A model generated the notes under the pieces. The model saw only the letters and a list, made by a program, of their open reading frames with translations, searched no databases and was not told where the DNA came from. A stretch of DNA of 64,000 bases from Cyanophora paradoxa CCMP329 (Eukaryota; Plantae; Glaucophyta), in contig QPMI01000457.1 in NCBI GenBank assembly GCA_004431415.1, positions 62,001 through 126,000 of the forward strand, written 5' to 3'. Position 1 is the first letter of the stretch. Every line of letters begins with the position of its first letter. Positions 33,401-48,604 of this stretch are shown one piece after another. The translations under genes and the position numbers were made by a program.

Positions 33401-34860
33401 GCGGCGTACCCCTCCCCCTCCCCCCCCCTCGCGCTCGCCCCACTGGCTCCTCCTGACGCCGAGCGGCCTCGCGCGCGCGCAGTGCCGGGCTTCTCGTCGC
33501 TGCCGGGCGCCGCGAACCTCCCCATCACGTACCACGCCGCCACCGCGCCGCCGCCGGCCCGCGGGCCCTCCCCCATCCCGCGCTCCTCCTCCCGGGGCCC
33601 CTCGCCGCTGGTGCAGCCGCTCGTGCCCGGGGCCGGCCCGCCGGCGATGGCCCTCCCGCGGCAGGCCGGGGCGCGCCGGCGGGGGCCCCGGGGCGCCGAC
33701 GCCGCCGCGGCCGAGCACGGGGGACCCGCTGCTGGACCTGAAGCTGCTGTACGAGGAGACGCGCGAGTTCCACGCGGCGACGGGCAAGTTCCGCCAGGGC
33801 GCCCACCGCCGCTTCGAGGCGCAGCTCCTCAAGGTCCCGCTCTACGCCGGCAACCCGAACCGCTTCGTCTCGGAGCAGGAGCGGGCCGAGGGCGTGCGCC
33901 TCCACCGCTACGTCGAGATCGCCGCCGCCGTCCTCCGCGCCGCCCGCGACGAGGGCCTCCTCCCCGAGCCCGGCGCCACGCCCCCGCGCGCCCCGGAGGC
34001 CGGGCCGGCCTCGGGCGCCCCCTACGGCCTCGCCGAGCGCCGCGTGAGCGTCGGGTTCGACGGGGACGAGGAGATGGCCGAGGCGCCGCCCCCGCCCCGG
34101 GCCCCGCCGGGCACTCCCACGGGCGGCCCCGGCGGCCCGCGCACGAGCGGCGGCGGCGGCGGCGGGGCGGCGGGCCGGCGGGGGCTCGCCGTTCGCGGAC
34201 AGCAAGCGGGCGGCGCGGCAGGGGGCGGACGGGCACGCGACGTCGCCCGAGGAGCTGCGGCAGGCCTACGCCGAGGTCCGCCGCTACATGGACGTGCAGG
34301 CATCCTTCCCCAAGGTCCGGATCCCCCACCCGCGCGGCTCGGCTCGGCTTGGCTGACGGGGCGCGCGCGGGGGCGGGCAGGGCTTCCCGATGCAGTTCTA
34401 CAGCATCATCAAGAAGCACCCGTGCTTCAACATCCACACGATGGTCCGCTCGGGCGAGCGCGTGCCGAACCTGCCCATGCCGCGCCTCGTCGAGATCGCC
34501 CACGAGCTCATGGCCATCGACGGCGGCGGGCCCAGCGGCGTGCCCCCGCCCGTCCCGCACGCACCCGGCCCCGCCTCCGGGCGCCGCAGCCCCTCCCTCG
34601 CCCACCACCACCCGCAGCACCGCCCGCCCCCGCCCTTGCCCACGCCCCCGCCCCGCCCCATGGCCCCCGCCGCGGCGCCCCCGACGGCGGCCCCCGCGCA
34701 GCCCCTCGCCCCCGCCTTCCACGCCCAGCACGCCCCTGCACCCGCCGCCCACGCCCACGCCCACGCCCACGCCCACGCCCACACGCACGCCCACGCGGAC
34801 CCCGCCGCGGCGCACGCGCCGGCCGGGCCGCCGCCCGCGGCCGCGCACCCCCCGCAATAG
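28402..34860 (+). CDS. JmjC-domain chromatin protein (Fe ligands lost) with Cys zinc finger and repeated HeH-like modules
   Basis: LPDYLRDDHPDNLM...VHVGGRLTYSGLQLN...WHYNAGPS...VVVQPGELVVIPANCAYQVLNYGENISMS; zinc finger ICDCCESEIFNVHVHCDDC..DYCLPC; stop at 34860. Start uncertain; internal frameshifts. Confidence 0.75.
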
Positions 34861-35132
34861 CGCGGGGGCGCCCCTGTACATTTGTAGATTCGATGTATGC
34901 CCCTCCTCGCGATCGCTCAGAGATTCTCTGTGGAACGAACCATGCCTTGACTCGCGAAGCCTGCGGCCGCGACCGGAGGCTAGGGCGGCTCGGCGGGGCG
35001 CCGCTGGTCACGAGCTCGAGACCACGAAACTGGCACAGGGCACAGGGCTGCTGCCGCAGTGCAGCTGGCGTCGCTTAAATTAGTAGTCTTTTATAAATTG
35101 TATAATGTATACATATATAACAAGTTAGGTCA

Positions 35133-36082
35133 TTAAATATCATTAATCGCGAGCCTACAGGTGGCCCGGGTGCTCGGCGGGGCGGCCTCGAGCGCGAGCG
35201 CCTCGGCGCCGGCCAGCTGCAGCGCGCCGCCCTCTGCGGCGGCCGCGCCGGCGCCGGCGTCGGCATCGGCCGCGTCGTCCCCCGCGCCCCCCTCCTCCTC
35301 GCCGCACGCGTATACGTACGGAACGAGATCGTCCGCGGCCTGGAACAGGGCCGGGTTGAGGCTCGGATCAGAGTGCGCAGGGGTGGCCATGGCCACCGGG
35401 CAGGGGCTCACCTGCAGCTGCAGATCCTCGTCGAGCATGGAAGGGAACCCGCCGTAGTTGTACACTTTGGGGGCTTGGAGCGCCGGCGGGTTGTTCAGGA
35501 CGGCCAGCTTCTGGTTCTCATAGCCGAGGAGCCGCTGCTGGGCGCTGATCCAGTTCTTCTCGAGCTGGGCAACGAGCGAGCACGCCTGCGCGTACGCCGG
35601 TCCTTCGGTCGGCCTGAAGGAGCTCCCGCCGCGGTCCCTGCACCTGCATTGTCCGCGTCGGAAGGCATCTCTTTCAGATCGCGATCGGCGCGTAAGCGCT
35701 AGCGTCGACGTCACGCACTCAGCAGCTGTGACTCCGTTGGCTGTCTTCCAGTTGCATCCCTTGAACTTGAAACCTGAAGTTCAAAACAAAGCGAAATCAG
35801 ACGCCGGATCGAACGCGCAGGGAAGGCCGAGGCTAGGAACGAGGTAAGCGCGGTTTGCATGGATCCGGATGGCGGCGCACAGGTCCCGCGATGCGTTTTG
35901 AAGATAGCCGTGGCCTCGGCGACCTCCCTCTGGTAGTAGTCGAGATGAGCGTCAGCGGCCTCGCCGTACTGGTTGGCGCGAACGTAGGACTCCGTCGCCT
36001 GTCCATGTTGACTTGTTTGTTGATAGCTTTGGGGCCTAGCAACGGGGGTCGGACGCGAGACCGGTATCTGATCGAAGTTCAT
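35133..36082 (-). CDS. Hypothetical protein (about 3 exons)
   Basis: ORFs 36082-35711 and 35714-35133 joined by plausible short introns; coding-like segment YAQACSLVAQLEKNWISAQQRLLGYENQKLAVL; no family recognised. Confidence 0.55.
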
Positions 36083-36566
36083 CGCTCAGATGGCTAGCGG
36101 CGGTGTAACCGACGGCTGATGACTGTACCCAGGGCTGATGCCCAAGTTTGGTGTACCCACCGGCCGGTAACCGCTCGCCAGCCAGGCCAGCTGCGCATGC
36201 GCGATGCAGCCTGCAGCTAGCGCCCGACCCCGCGCGCGCGCTGGCGACATGCTGCAGGCGCTCAGCTGCAGGCGCCCCGTGCACGTGCGCAGATGCTAGC
36301 GCTGATCATCAGGCCTCTCGCGCGCGCTTTAATTAATATTTGCATTTGCGCATGCGCATGCCGCAGTGCGCGGCGCCAGCGGCCGCCGGGCGCGCGCGCG
36401 CACGCACATATGCATGTATATGAACGTCGACGCGTACGCCGCGGTATTGGGAGTGATGATGCAAGCTTAAGCTTAATCGTACACGTACAGAGAGCTCGAG
36501 AGCAATTGCAACCAGGCCTGAAGCTTCAAGAGGGTCCGGGGCAGGGCACGCGGCCTGCAGCTAGAT

Positions 36567-38983
36567 CTAGACCTGGAGGACAGTGGGGGCGGGCTGCGCG
36601 GGCAGCGGCGGCGGGCGGGACGGGCGGCGGGCGCGGGAGACGAGGAGGGCCACGACGAGGACGGCGCACACGAGGGCGGCGCCGCCGGCCGCCCCCACCG
36701 CCGCCGCCGCCGCCACGGGCCGCGGGAGGAGGCCGTGGGGCCGGCCTCGGGGTCCGCCTCGAGGCCCGAGGCGGAGGCGGAGGCGAGGCGTACCGAGTCA
36801 CTGCGCCCGGCCGCGAGGCGGGCGTCAGCTGCGGCCGCGGCGGGCGGGCCGGGGCGGCCGCGGGGGAGCGCGCACCGCCGTCGGCGCGGCCGACGTAGAG
36901 GAGGGAGGTGGGCGTGCCGGCGCGCTGCGCGGGCCGGCGTGAGGAAACCAGGCGGCGCAGGCTGTCCCTCGCCCTCGCCCCGGGGGCAGACGGACCAGGT
37001 CGTCGGGGACGGCGGCGGGGGTCGCAGCCCCTTCGAGGAGCTCGGCGAGGGCCGCCCAGGGCAGCTCCGGGTCCCGCAGGAGCGCCAGCGCCGCCGTGCC
37101 GGCCGCGTGCGGCGCCGCCATGCTTGTCCCGCTCATCACCCGCGTCTCTGCCCCGCCCCGCGCCGCGCCGGATCAGCCGGCGCGACGCGCCTGCGAATCT
37201 CGGATGGCGGAACGCACCGTTGTTGTTCGGGCCGATCCAAGCCGACCGGATGCTGCTCCTGCGGGCGGGGCGTGAGGGCGGGGGCCGCGGGGTCGGCGCA
37301 AGGAAGGGCCTGTACCCCGGGGCGAAGAGGTCGACGCAGGGGCCCCAGTTGGACCACGCGGCGCGGCGGTCGGACTCCGTGCTGCCCTCCGGCGTGAGGA
37401 AGGGCGGGCGGGAGTCCAAGGGAGGGGGGAAGGCGCCTGGCAGCGACGGTGAGGGCCTCGGGGACGCTGGCGGGGCTCGTGGCGCAGGCGGAGGCGTTCG
37501 AGTTGCCGGCGGCGACGACGGGGAGCAGGCCGTGCCAGGCCGCCGCCCGCTGCACCGCCGCGTTCACCGAGGAGGAGAGGGCGGTCCCCAGCGAGAGCTG
37601 CAGCACGGCCGTGCGCGGCCGCAGCGCCGCCGCCTGCGCCGCCACCCAGTCGACCCCCGCGACGACGCTGCTGAGCGTCCCGCCGCCGGCGCAGTTCATC
37701 GTCTTGACCGCCACCACCGTCGCCCGCCTCGCCACGCCTGCGGGGCGGGGCGGGGCGGGGCGGGTTCGGGCGAGAGCGGAGCTCCGGGCGGGAGACGAGG
37801 CCCCAGGCACCGTAGGTGTTGCCGGCGACGATGCCGGCGACGTGCGTGCCGTGCCCGTTGCAGTCGAACGCCGCCGTCCCGTTCGGCGTCGTCACTGCTC
37901 GCCCGCGCCCGCGAGGGGGAGGGCGTCAGCGAGGGCAGGGCGGGGCGGGGCGGGGCGGGGCGCGCACGGTCGACGCCCCAGAAGGCGCGGGGCCCCCGCG
38001 GTGACTGGAACTCGGCGTGGGTCACCTGCACGCCCGTGTCCACCACGAAGACGACGGGGCTCGGGTCGCCTGCGCCGCCGGCCGCGTTCGCGAGGGTGCG
38101 AGGGCCGAGCAAGGGGCGACGACGGTCACCGAAGGAGAAGGAACGGTCGAGGGGCCGAGAGCGCTGGTCGATCCTGTCCAGGCCCCACGTCCCTGCCGGA
38201 TGGAAGCATTTAATTTAGGATTAGACTCACACGCGGAAGGGCGGGTCAGAGGGCCGGAGCGCACCGGAGTCGACCGAGGCTTTCTCGACCTGCGAGACCC
38301 ACGGCTGCGTCGTCTGGAAGAGGGAGACGTTGCGGTCGGCCTCCACGTCCTCGACGAAGGGCTGGGCCAGGGCCGCGGCCCGCATCTCTTCGCTCATGCT
38401 GCGGGCGCGATCAATTAGTGGATTAAATAATTCGCGCGCGAAGGCGAGAGGGAATTACGGACCTGGCGACGAAGCCGGGAAAAGCGTGCGAGAAGGCGCG
38501 CTTCACCCGGAGTTGGGCAGGGCGAGGCAGCCCATGAAGGACCTTCTCGAGTCGAGCGGTCAGCGCGTCTCGCCCTGCAGCGATCTCCTGGCCGCGCGGG
38601 CGATCCTGGCTGCTCCCAGCTGCCGTTGCGGCATCCTTGTCTCTGAAACGCTGCGCGGGGTCCGAATTAGAGACCGCGCGGGCGCCGGGCGGCCGCGCGG
38701 CCGCGGCCGCGCGAATTCGAAAACCGCGGAAGCGAGGCAGGCGGAGCGGCCGAGGTGCTATGGACCCATCTAAACGTCCATATGAACTTGTCACCGGCCC
38801 GGCTCCTCGCCGCGAAGCCCGGGCGTAGCGCACCACGATGAAGTCTCGGGTCTCGACGTCGACGTACGCGTCCGCGTGCCCCGGCGCAGCAGGCGTCACC
38901 GCGATCGGACTCGCTGAAGCGATCTCGATGAGAACTAAGCCGAGCAGGAAGGCGGCCGACGCCGCGACGCTGCTTCTCGCCAT
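36567..38983 (-). CDS. Subtilisin-like serine protease (S8A, proteinase K subfamily) with signal peptide, I9-like propeptide and C-terminal TM helix
   Basis: WGLDRIDQ; catalytic D (VVDTG), H (NGHGTHVAG), S (SGTSMAAPH); oxyanion AAGN; SNWGPCVDLFAPG; C-terminal AALVCAVLVVALLVSRARR. Confidence 0.93.
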
Positions 38984-39459
38984 CGCTGCGCCGCTTTGAG
39001 TGCTGCAGGGCCACTGCGGGCCAACCAAGTGGCGCTAGAGAAGTTATTCATGATTTCAGCTCCGCAGTCAAGCTGAGTTCGAAGCGGCCGCTGTCAGAAT
39101 TGGTTCGGAAGGCAGAGGGCGGCTGGGCGGCCTGGGCCAGCAAGGGGGGTAGGGGCGCAAAACAGCGACCCGCCCTAGCTCCCCGCGCTCCGCGAGCCCC
39201 CCCGGCCCTCGTGCAGGCCTGGAGGTACTCTGTAACGCTGCTGGAGCTCGCGTACGCATCCGCGCTCGCCGCCTTCGCAGCGCCAGGCGGTGTCGACGTC
39301 AAATGTGGTTGTTCGGGCGTCTTCGATGACTCCATTCGCGTTCCAATCAGCTTTGATCGCTGTCACTGCACTCGCTTGCCGCTGTCACACGCTCGCAGGA
39401 GCACGACCGCTGCTGGCAAGCTTAAGCAGCAGCAATCGCAAGCAGCAGCGGTGGCCGAC

Positions 39460-40967
39460 ATGCGCGACGCGGATCCAGCAAGCTCGGGCGAATCGAGGGT
39501 TACGTTCTACCCTGCGGGCCGCAGCCCGATCGCCTGGACGGACAATGTGCGGCCGCCCTCGGAGCTGAGGATCGGCGAGCCGCAGCCGGAGGTCGCCACC
39601 ACGGCACCCCCATCGCCGCCTGCAGCGGAAAAGGCGCCTGAGGGCCCGGCCAGCGTCTCGGAGCCGCACATGCCGGGCCTGCTGCGCCCCGCCGACTTCC
39701 GCCCGCTGCATGACACGTCTGCCACGACCGTCATCGAGGTCCGTTTCAACCCTGGGCGCCCGCGCGCAGCGCCTTCTCTGCTGGGCGCTCAACCCGCGGC
39801 CGCGCAGTCGTTCGAGCGGCCGGTGCTGGAGATCGGCGCGGTCGTGACGGGCCTCCCGGCGATGTGCTTCGAGGCGGCCGGCCTCGTCTACGACGCCGTC
39901 CTCAAGAACTGCGCCCACGGCCAGGCGCGCGCGCCGCCGGCACCGGACGCGTGCGCGCGCTCCAGACCGCTGACCGCTGGCCTGGCAACGCAGCTCGGGC
40001 CGAACGCGCCGTCGCTCCAGCGGCCCTTCAGCGTCCGCATCCTCTCCGACGAGGAGGCCGCCGCCCTCGAGGGCCGCCCCGCCCCGCCCCCGCCCGTGCG
40101 CCCCTCCGCGCCCCGCGCCGCCGCCGGCCGCCCCGCCTCGTCTGACCGGACCGCGCCGCGCCGCGCCGCACAGGTCTGCGAGGGCGAGCAGTCGTACCTC
40201 TCCGACTTCTTTAAAATGGTGCGCAACTCCAGCAGCGTAATTATAAGCTGCGCCCCGCAGCTCCACTGACGCGGCTCGCCGCGCAGTTCAAGCCGGTGAC
40301 GGCGCTGGTGACGACGGTGGCGCTGCGGGGCCCGGCGGAGGAGCGGCTGGTGAGCGTGGAGCACGAGGTCGGCCCGCACGCGGACGGCGTCACCGCCGGC
40401 CTGCTCTTCCCCGCCATGCTCCAGGCGCCCCCGCCCGCCCGCCCGCCCGCGGCCCTCCGCAGCGCCCTGAGGCCCGCGCCAGGCGGCCGCCGAGGCCTCG
40501 GGCGTCGACATCGACGTCTCCAAGCTCCCCCACGGAGGGGCGGAGGATTCCCAGGCGGCCGAGGTGCGTCCGCCCCGCCGCCGCCGCCGCCCAGCGGTGC
40601 CCGTGCCGCCCCAACCGGCCCCACCAGACCCAGCCGGCGGGCCAGGACGCGGAGGAAAAGGAGGAGGAGGACGAGGAGGAGGAGGAAGAGAAGGAGGACG
40701 AGGACGAGGAGGAAGAGTCGCCGGGGGAGCAGAGCTTCTACGACATCCTGTTCGGCGCAGCGGCCTCGCCCCAGGTGACCCGTACCCCCCTTCCCCCTTT
40801 CCCCCCCCCCTCCCCCCAAGGCTGATCCCCCGCAGGACTCGGGGGAGGGGGGCTACGCGGAGGCCCCCGAGGCGGGGGCCGAGGAGGCGGGGGCGGCCGC
40901 AGAGGGGCCGGAGGGGGCGGTCCCCGCCGGGGAGGGGGCCCTGCCCCTGGAGGCCGCCCTCCTCTAG
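39460..40967 (+). CDS. Hypothetical protein with poly-acidic C-terminal region
   Basis: Spliceable exons SFERPVLEIGAVV..., VCEGEQSYLSDFFKM|FKPVTALVTTV..., EEKEEEDEEEEEE; stop TAG at 40965-40967. Confidence 0.55.
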
Positions 40968-41136
40968 ACGTAGGGCGCGCCGGGGCCCCCGGTTCTGAAA
41001 GAAGCTGCCGCGCGCTCTGCATTCGATGTACTGGAAATGCTGTTAGAATCCGAGGCAATTCCAATAATCCGGGGCCCGGGACAGGGGGCCTGCAGCTGCG
41101 AGCCTAGAGCAGCGCCCGGGGGCCTGGGACCGGGGC

Positions 41137-41300
41137 CCTACAGGTGGCCCGGGTGCTCGGCGGGGGCGGCCTCGAGCCCGAGCGCCTCGGGGCCGGCCGG
41201 CGCGTCGCGCCGGCGTCGGCGTCGGCCGCCTCGTCCCCCGCGCCCCCCTCCTCCTCGCCGCACGCGTATACGTACGGCACGAGGTCGTCCGCGGCCTGGA
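41137..41300 (-). pseudogene. Duplicated 3' fragment of the gene at 35133-36082
   Basis: QAADDLVPYVYACGEEEGGAGD(D/E)AADADAG...PPSTRATCR is shared with 35154-35344 in the same orientation. Confidence 0.8.
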
Positions 41301-41631
41301 CTCCGGAGCCCGGGCCCACGACCGAGCCCGGGTCCACGACCGGGAGATCGAGCATCGGCTGCAGAGCCGGGCCCTGGCCAGGCGGCCGCAGCCGTCCAGG
41401 CCTGCCATGGCTTACGGAGTCTGACACGGACACCCCGGGACACTAGCTGCCTTCCACGGCTCCAGCAGCTGGCCGGCGCCTGATCCACTACGCCTAGTTC
41501 TGAATTCGAATTCCGAGATCTAGAATTTGGATCGCGCCATTCCGAAGTTCGACTCTGAGATTTCTTTGAGAAATGGAAGCACACGGGACATGTATATATG
41601 ATGCGCTGCGAGCCGGTGCCCAGCAGCAGCC

Positions 41632-43898
41632 TCAGCTCTCGTGGAGCCAGGCGTCGGCGCCCTTCCAGGCGTCCGAGAAGCGGGTGGGCCAGGGCAGGCC
41701 CCGCTCCCTGCACAGCGCCTCCACGCTCTCCCCCGCCGCCAGGCGCCCCGCCACGCGCGCCCGGAACTCCAGCCACGCCCCCTGCAGAAGCGTCAGCGAT
41801 TCGACGAGGGAGGGGGGGCGGAGCCGCCGGGGGTACGCGCCTCGTCGGTGCCGGCGACGTCCGCCGCAAATTTGGAGTCCGACGTGGCGAGCAGGCGGCT
41901 GAGGGCGGGCAGGGGTACACCCCGCGCCGCCAGGAAGAGCACCCGGGGTACCGTGCGCGTCTCGAACGCGTACCTGCGGGGAAGGGGGTTACGCGAGGGG
42001 GCGCGGGGGCGGGGGTACCGGGGGCGGCGCGCTTGAGGAAGGGGGGGAAGCGGGCGAGGTGGTCGGGGGTGAGGCCCATGGGGCCCAGGAGGAAGCGCAG
42101 GCGCGTCCCTGCGCGACCCAGTCGGCCTTAAGCTTAAAACCGCAGAAGGGAGGAAGAAGAAGAAAAGGGGCGGACGCATGGTTGCGGTGCTGGAGGCGAA
42201 GAGGGTGGGGCAGCGGGCGACGACGGCGGCGGCGGCGGCGGGCGAGAGCCCCGCCTCCCGCTGCAGGAACGCGAGCTTCGAGCCCACGCTCGCCGCCGTG
42301 TTCCCGAGCACCTGCGAGGCCCGCTCGGGGGGTGGGGGGGGGTACGCGAGGGAAGGAGGGGCTCACGGTGGGGCAGGAGACGATGATCGAGCGGACGGGG
42401 GCGGGGGCGGGCCCGGCGTGCAGCGCCGGGGCGGGCGGCTCCGGGGCCGGAGGGGCCTCTTCCCCCCCCGGGCCCCCGTGGGGGGCGAGGGCCCGGACCC
42501 ACGCCTCCGCGACCGCCGCCTCCTCCTCGTCCCCCATCTCTTCCCCGCCATCGCCCCAGGGCTCCTCCCCCTCCCCCCAGCCGTCCCCCTCGCCCTCCTC
42601 GTCGTCCCACGCCCCCAGCGGCGACGCCGCCGGCGCCTCGCCTGCGCCCGCGCGCCTCAGGCCGCAAACACTCGCGCGGACGCTGCGGGGGAGCCGGGGC
42701 CGCACCGGCGCCGGAGAGGAGGGCGACGACGGCGCGCATCTCCTCGACGGGGGCGAAGAAGCTGAGGACGCGGCAGACGCGCCGCACCTCGGCGTCCCCG
42801 AGGCCGGCCTCCCTTAGAAAAGCGACCTTGGGGCGAAGGTTCTCCTCCAGGCTGTAGTTGAGGAGGTGCGGGTTGCGGAGGAGGACGGTGGGCAGGTCGG
42901 AGTCGCCCAGGGCCATCTCGCCCCGCATGAAGGCGAGGTGCGGCCGCAGCGACTTCTCGACGCTCAGGGAGAGCACGCTCGGGCTCTTCGCCGCCAGCGC
43001 GGCCGCCTGGTCGCCCGTGAGGCCGGCCTCGGAGGTCAGGAACGCGAAGTGCTCGGCGAGGGCCTCGGGCGAGTGCCGGAAGACGCGCGGCGCCGTCAGC
43101 ACCGCCCGCCGCAGCGCCGCAGCGCCGAAGCCGGCCGCCGCCAGCGCCGTCGCCGTCTCCCGGAGGCCCGCCACGGACTGCCCGAGCAGGTTCGGCCAGA
43201 GCGCAACCATGCGCCCCACCTGCGGCGGCGCGCCCGGGGGCGCCGTGAGCGGCTGCAGGCGCGAGGCGCGGCGGGGCGACCGGCCGACCTCGGCGCCCGT
43301 GAGGCCGATCTCGTCTTGGAGGAACGACGCCACGCTCCGCGCGCCCTCCACCCTGCGTATGCGCCCGCGTCACGCGAGCACGCGTCGCGTCGGCGTCGCG
43401 CGGCGGCCGCCGGGCGGCCTCCGCGCACCCGACACCGTCGAGGCCGGGGAAGTCGAAGCGCGCCTTGTCGATCTTCGCCGCCGACAGGCGCAGCTCCTTT
43501 TGCATGAAGCGCTCCAGCTCCGAGGGCGCCGCTCGCTCAGAGTCCGTCGACGTCCGGCGGCGGCCCCGCGCCGCCAGCGCGCAGCAGGGCGCTGGGGGAA
43601 GCGGAGCCAACGTCCGCGCAGAAGGGAAGAGGCGCGGGCTGCCGGCACGAAAAGGGACCAGCGTCCACGCCCAGCGCGAGGGCGGCTGCGTACACGACCG
43701 GACGGCTAGCGCTCGTCGGCTTGCTGGCGCGGGCTGCGGTCGGTCATCTTCGTGACGAGCTCGTACCGGCGCGAGCGATCTCGCTTCTCGCTCGCCGATC
43801 GCTACGCGGTGCGCGACCGCTGGCGCGATCCAGGCCGGTCGATCCCATACACTCGGCGATTGCGCGCCTCGTGTTCTTCCGGTACGATCCGGAAGCAT
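41632..43898 (-). CDS. mTERF-family organellar nucleic-acid-binding protein
   Basis: mTERF repeats: KSPSVLSLSVEKSLRPHLAFM, RNPHLLNYSLEENLRPKVAFLREAGL, YAFETRTVPRVLFL; basic Ser/Ala/Arg-rich N-terminus like a transit peptide; start uncertain. Confidence 0.85.
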
Positions 43899-44021
43899 GA
43901 GGGGACTCTCGAGCGCGACGCGCGACGGACCACGCCGACGGTGCGTAACTTGCGTGTGGTCTGGGGGTACAGTCTTTGCTTGCGTGGAGACTCCGCGAGG
44001 TCAGAGAGCGTCACAGCAAGC

Positions 44022-48474
<4,453 letters not shown>

Positions 48475-48604
48475 AGGTGCTCATCTTGGATGCGACGAAA
48501 GGGCGCGAAAAATGAACGGCCAGCTGAGCGTTAATTTTGCAATTGTGCGAAATGTAATTTGTGGATGAGCGGCTTTAATTCGACTTCGCGATCGAGGTCG
48601 GGCC

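Noticed and set aside
29461-35083. Very long ORFs (1252 aa, 1217 aa and others) in the ORF track
   Set aside because: Artefacts of stop-poor GC-rich DNA reading through introns and wrong frames; only parts correspond to real exons.
16899-38983. LRR, MLKL-like, PSI and subtilase genes as one immune operon-like cluster
   Set aside because: They are interleaved with unrelated genes, and adjacency alone in a gene-dense eukaryotic genome is weak evidence.
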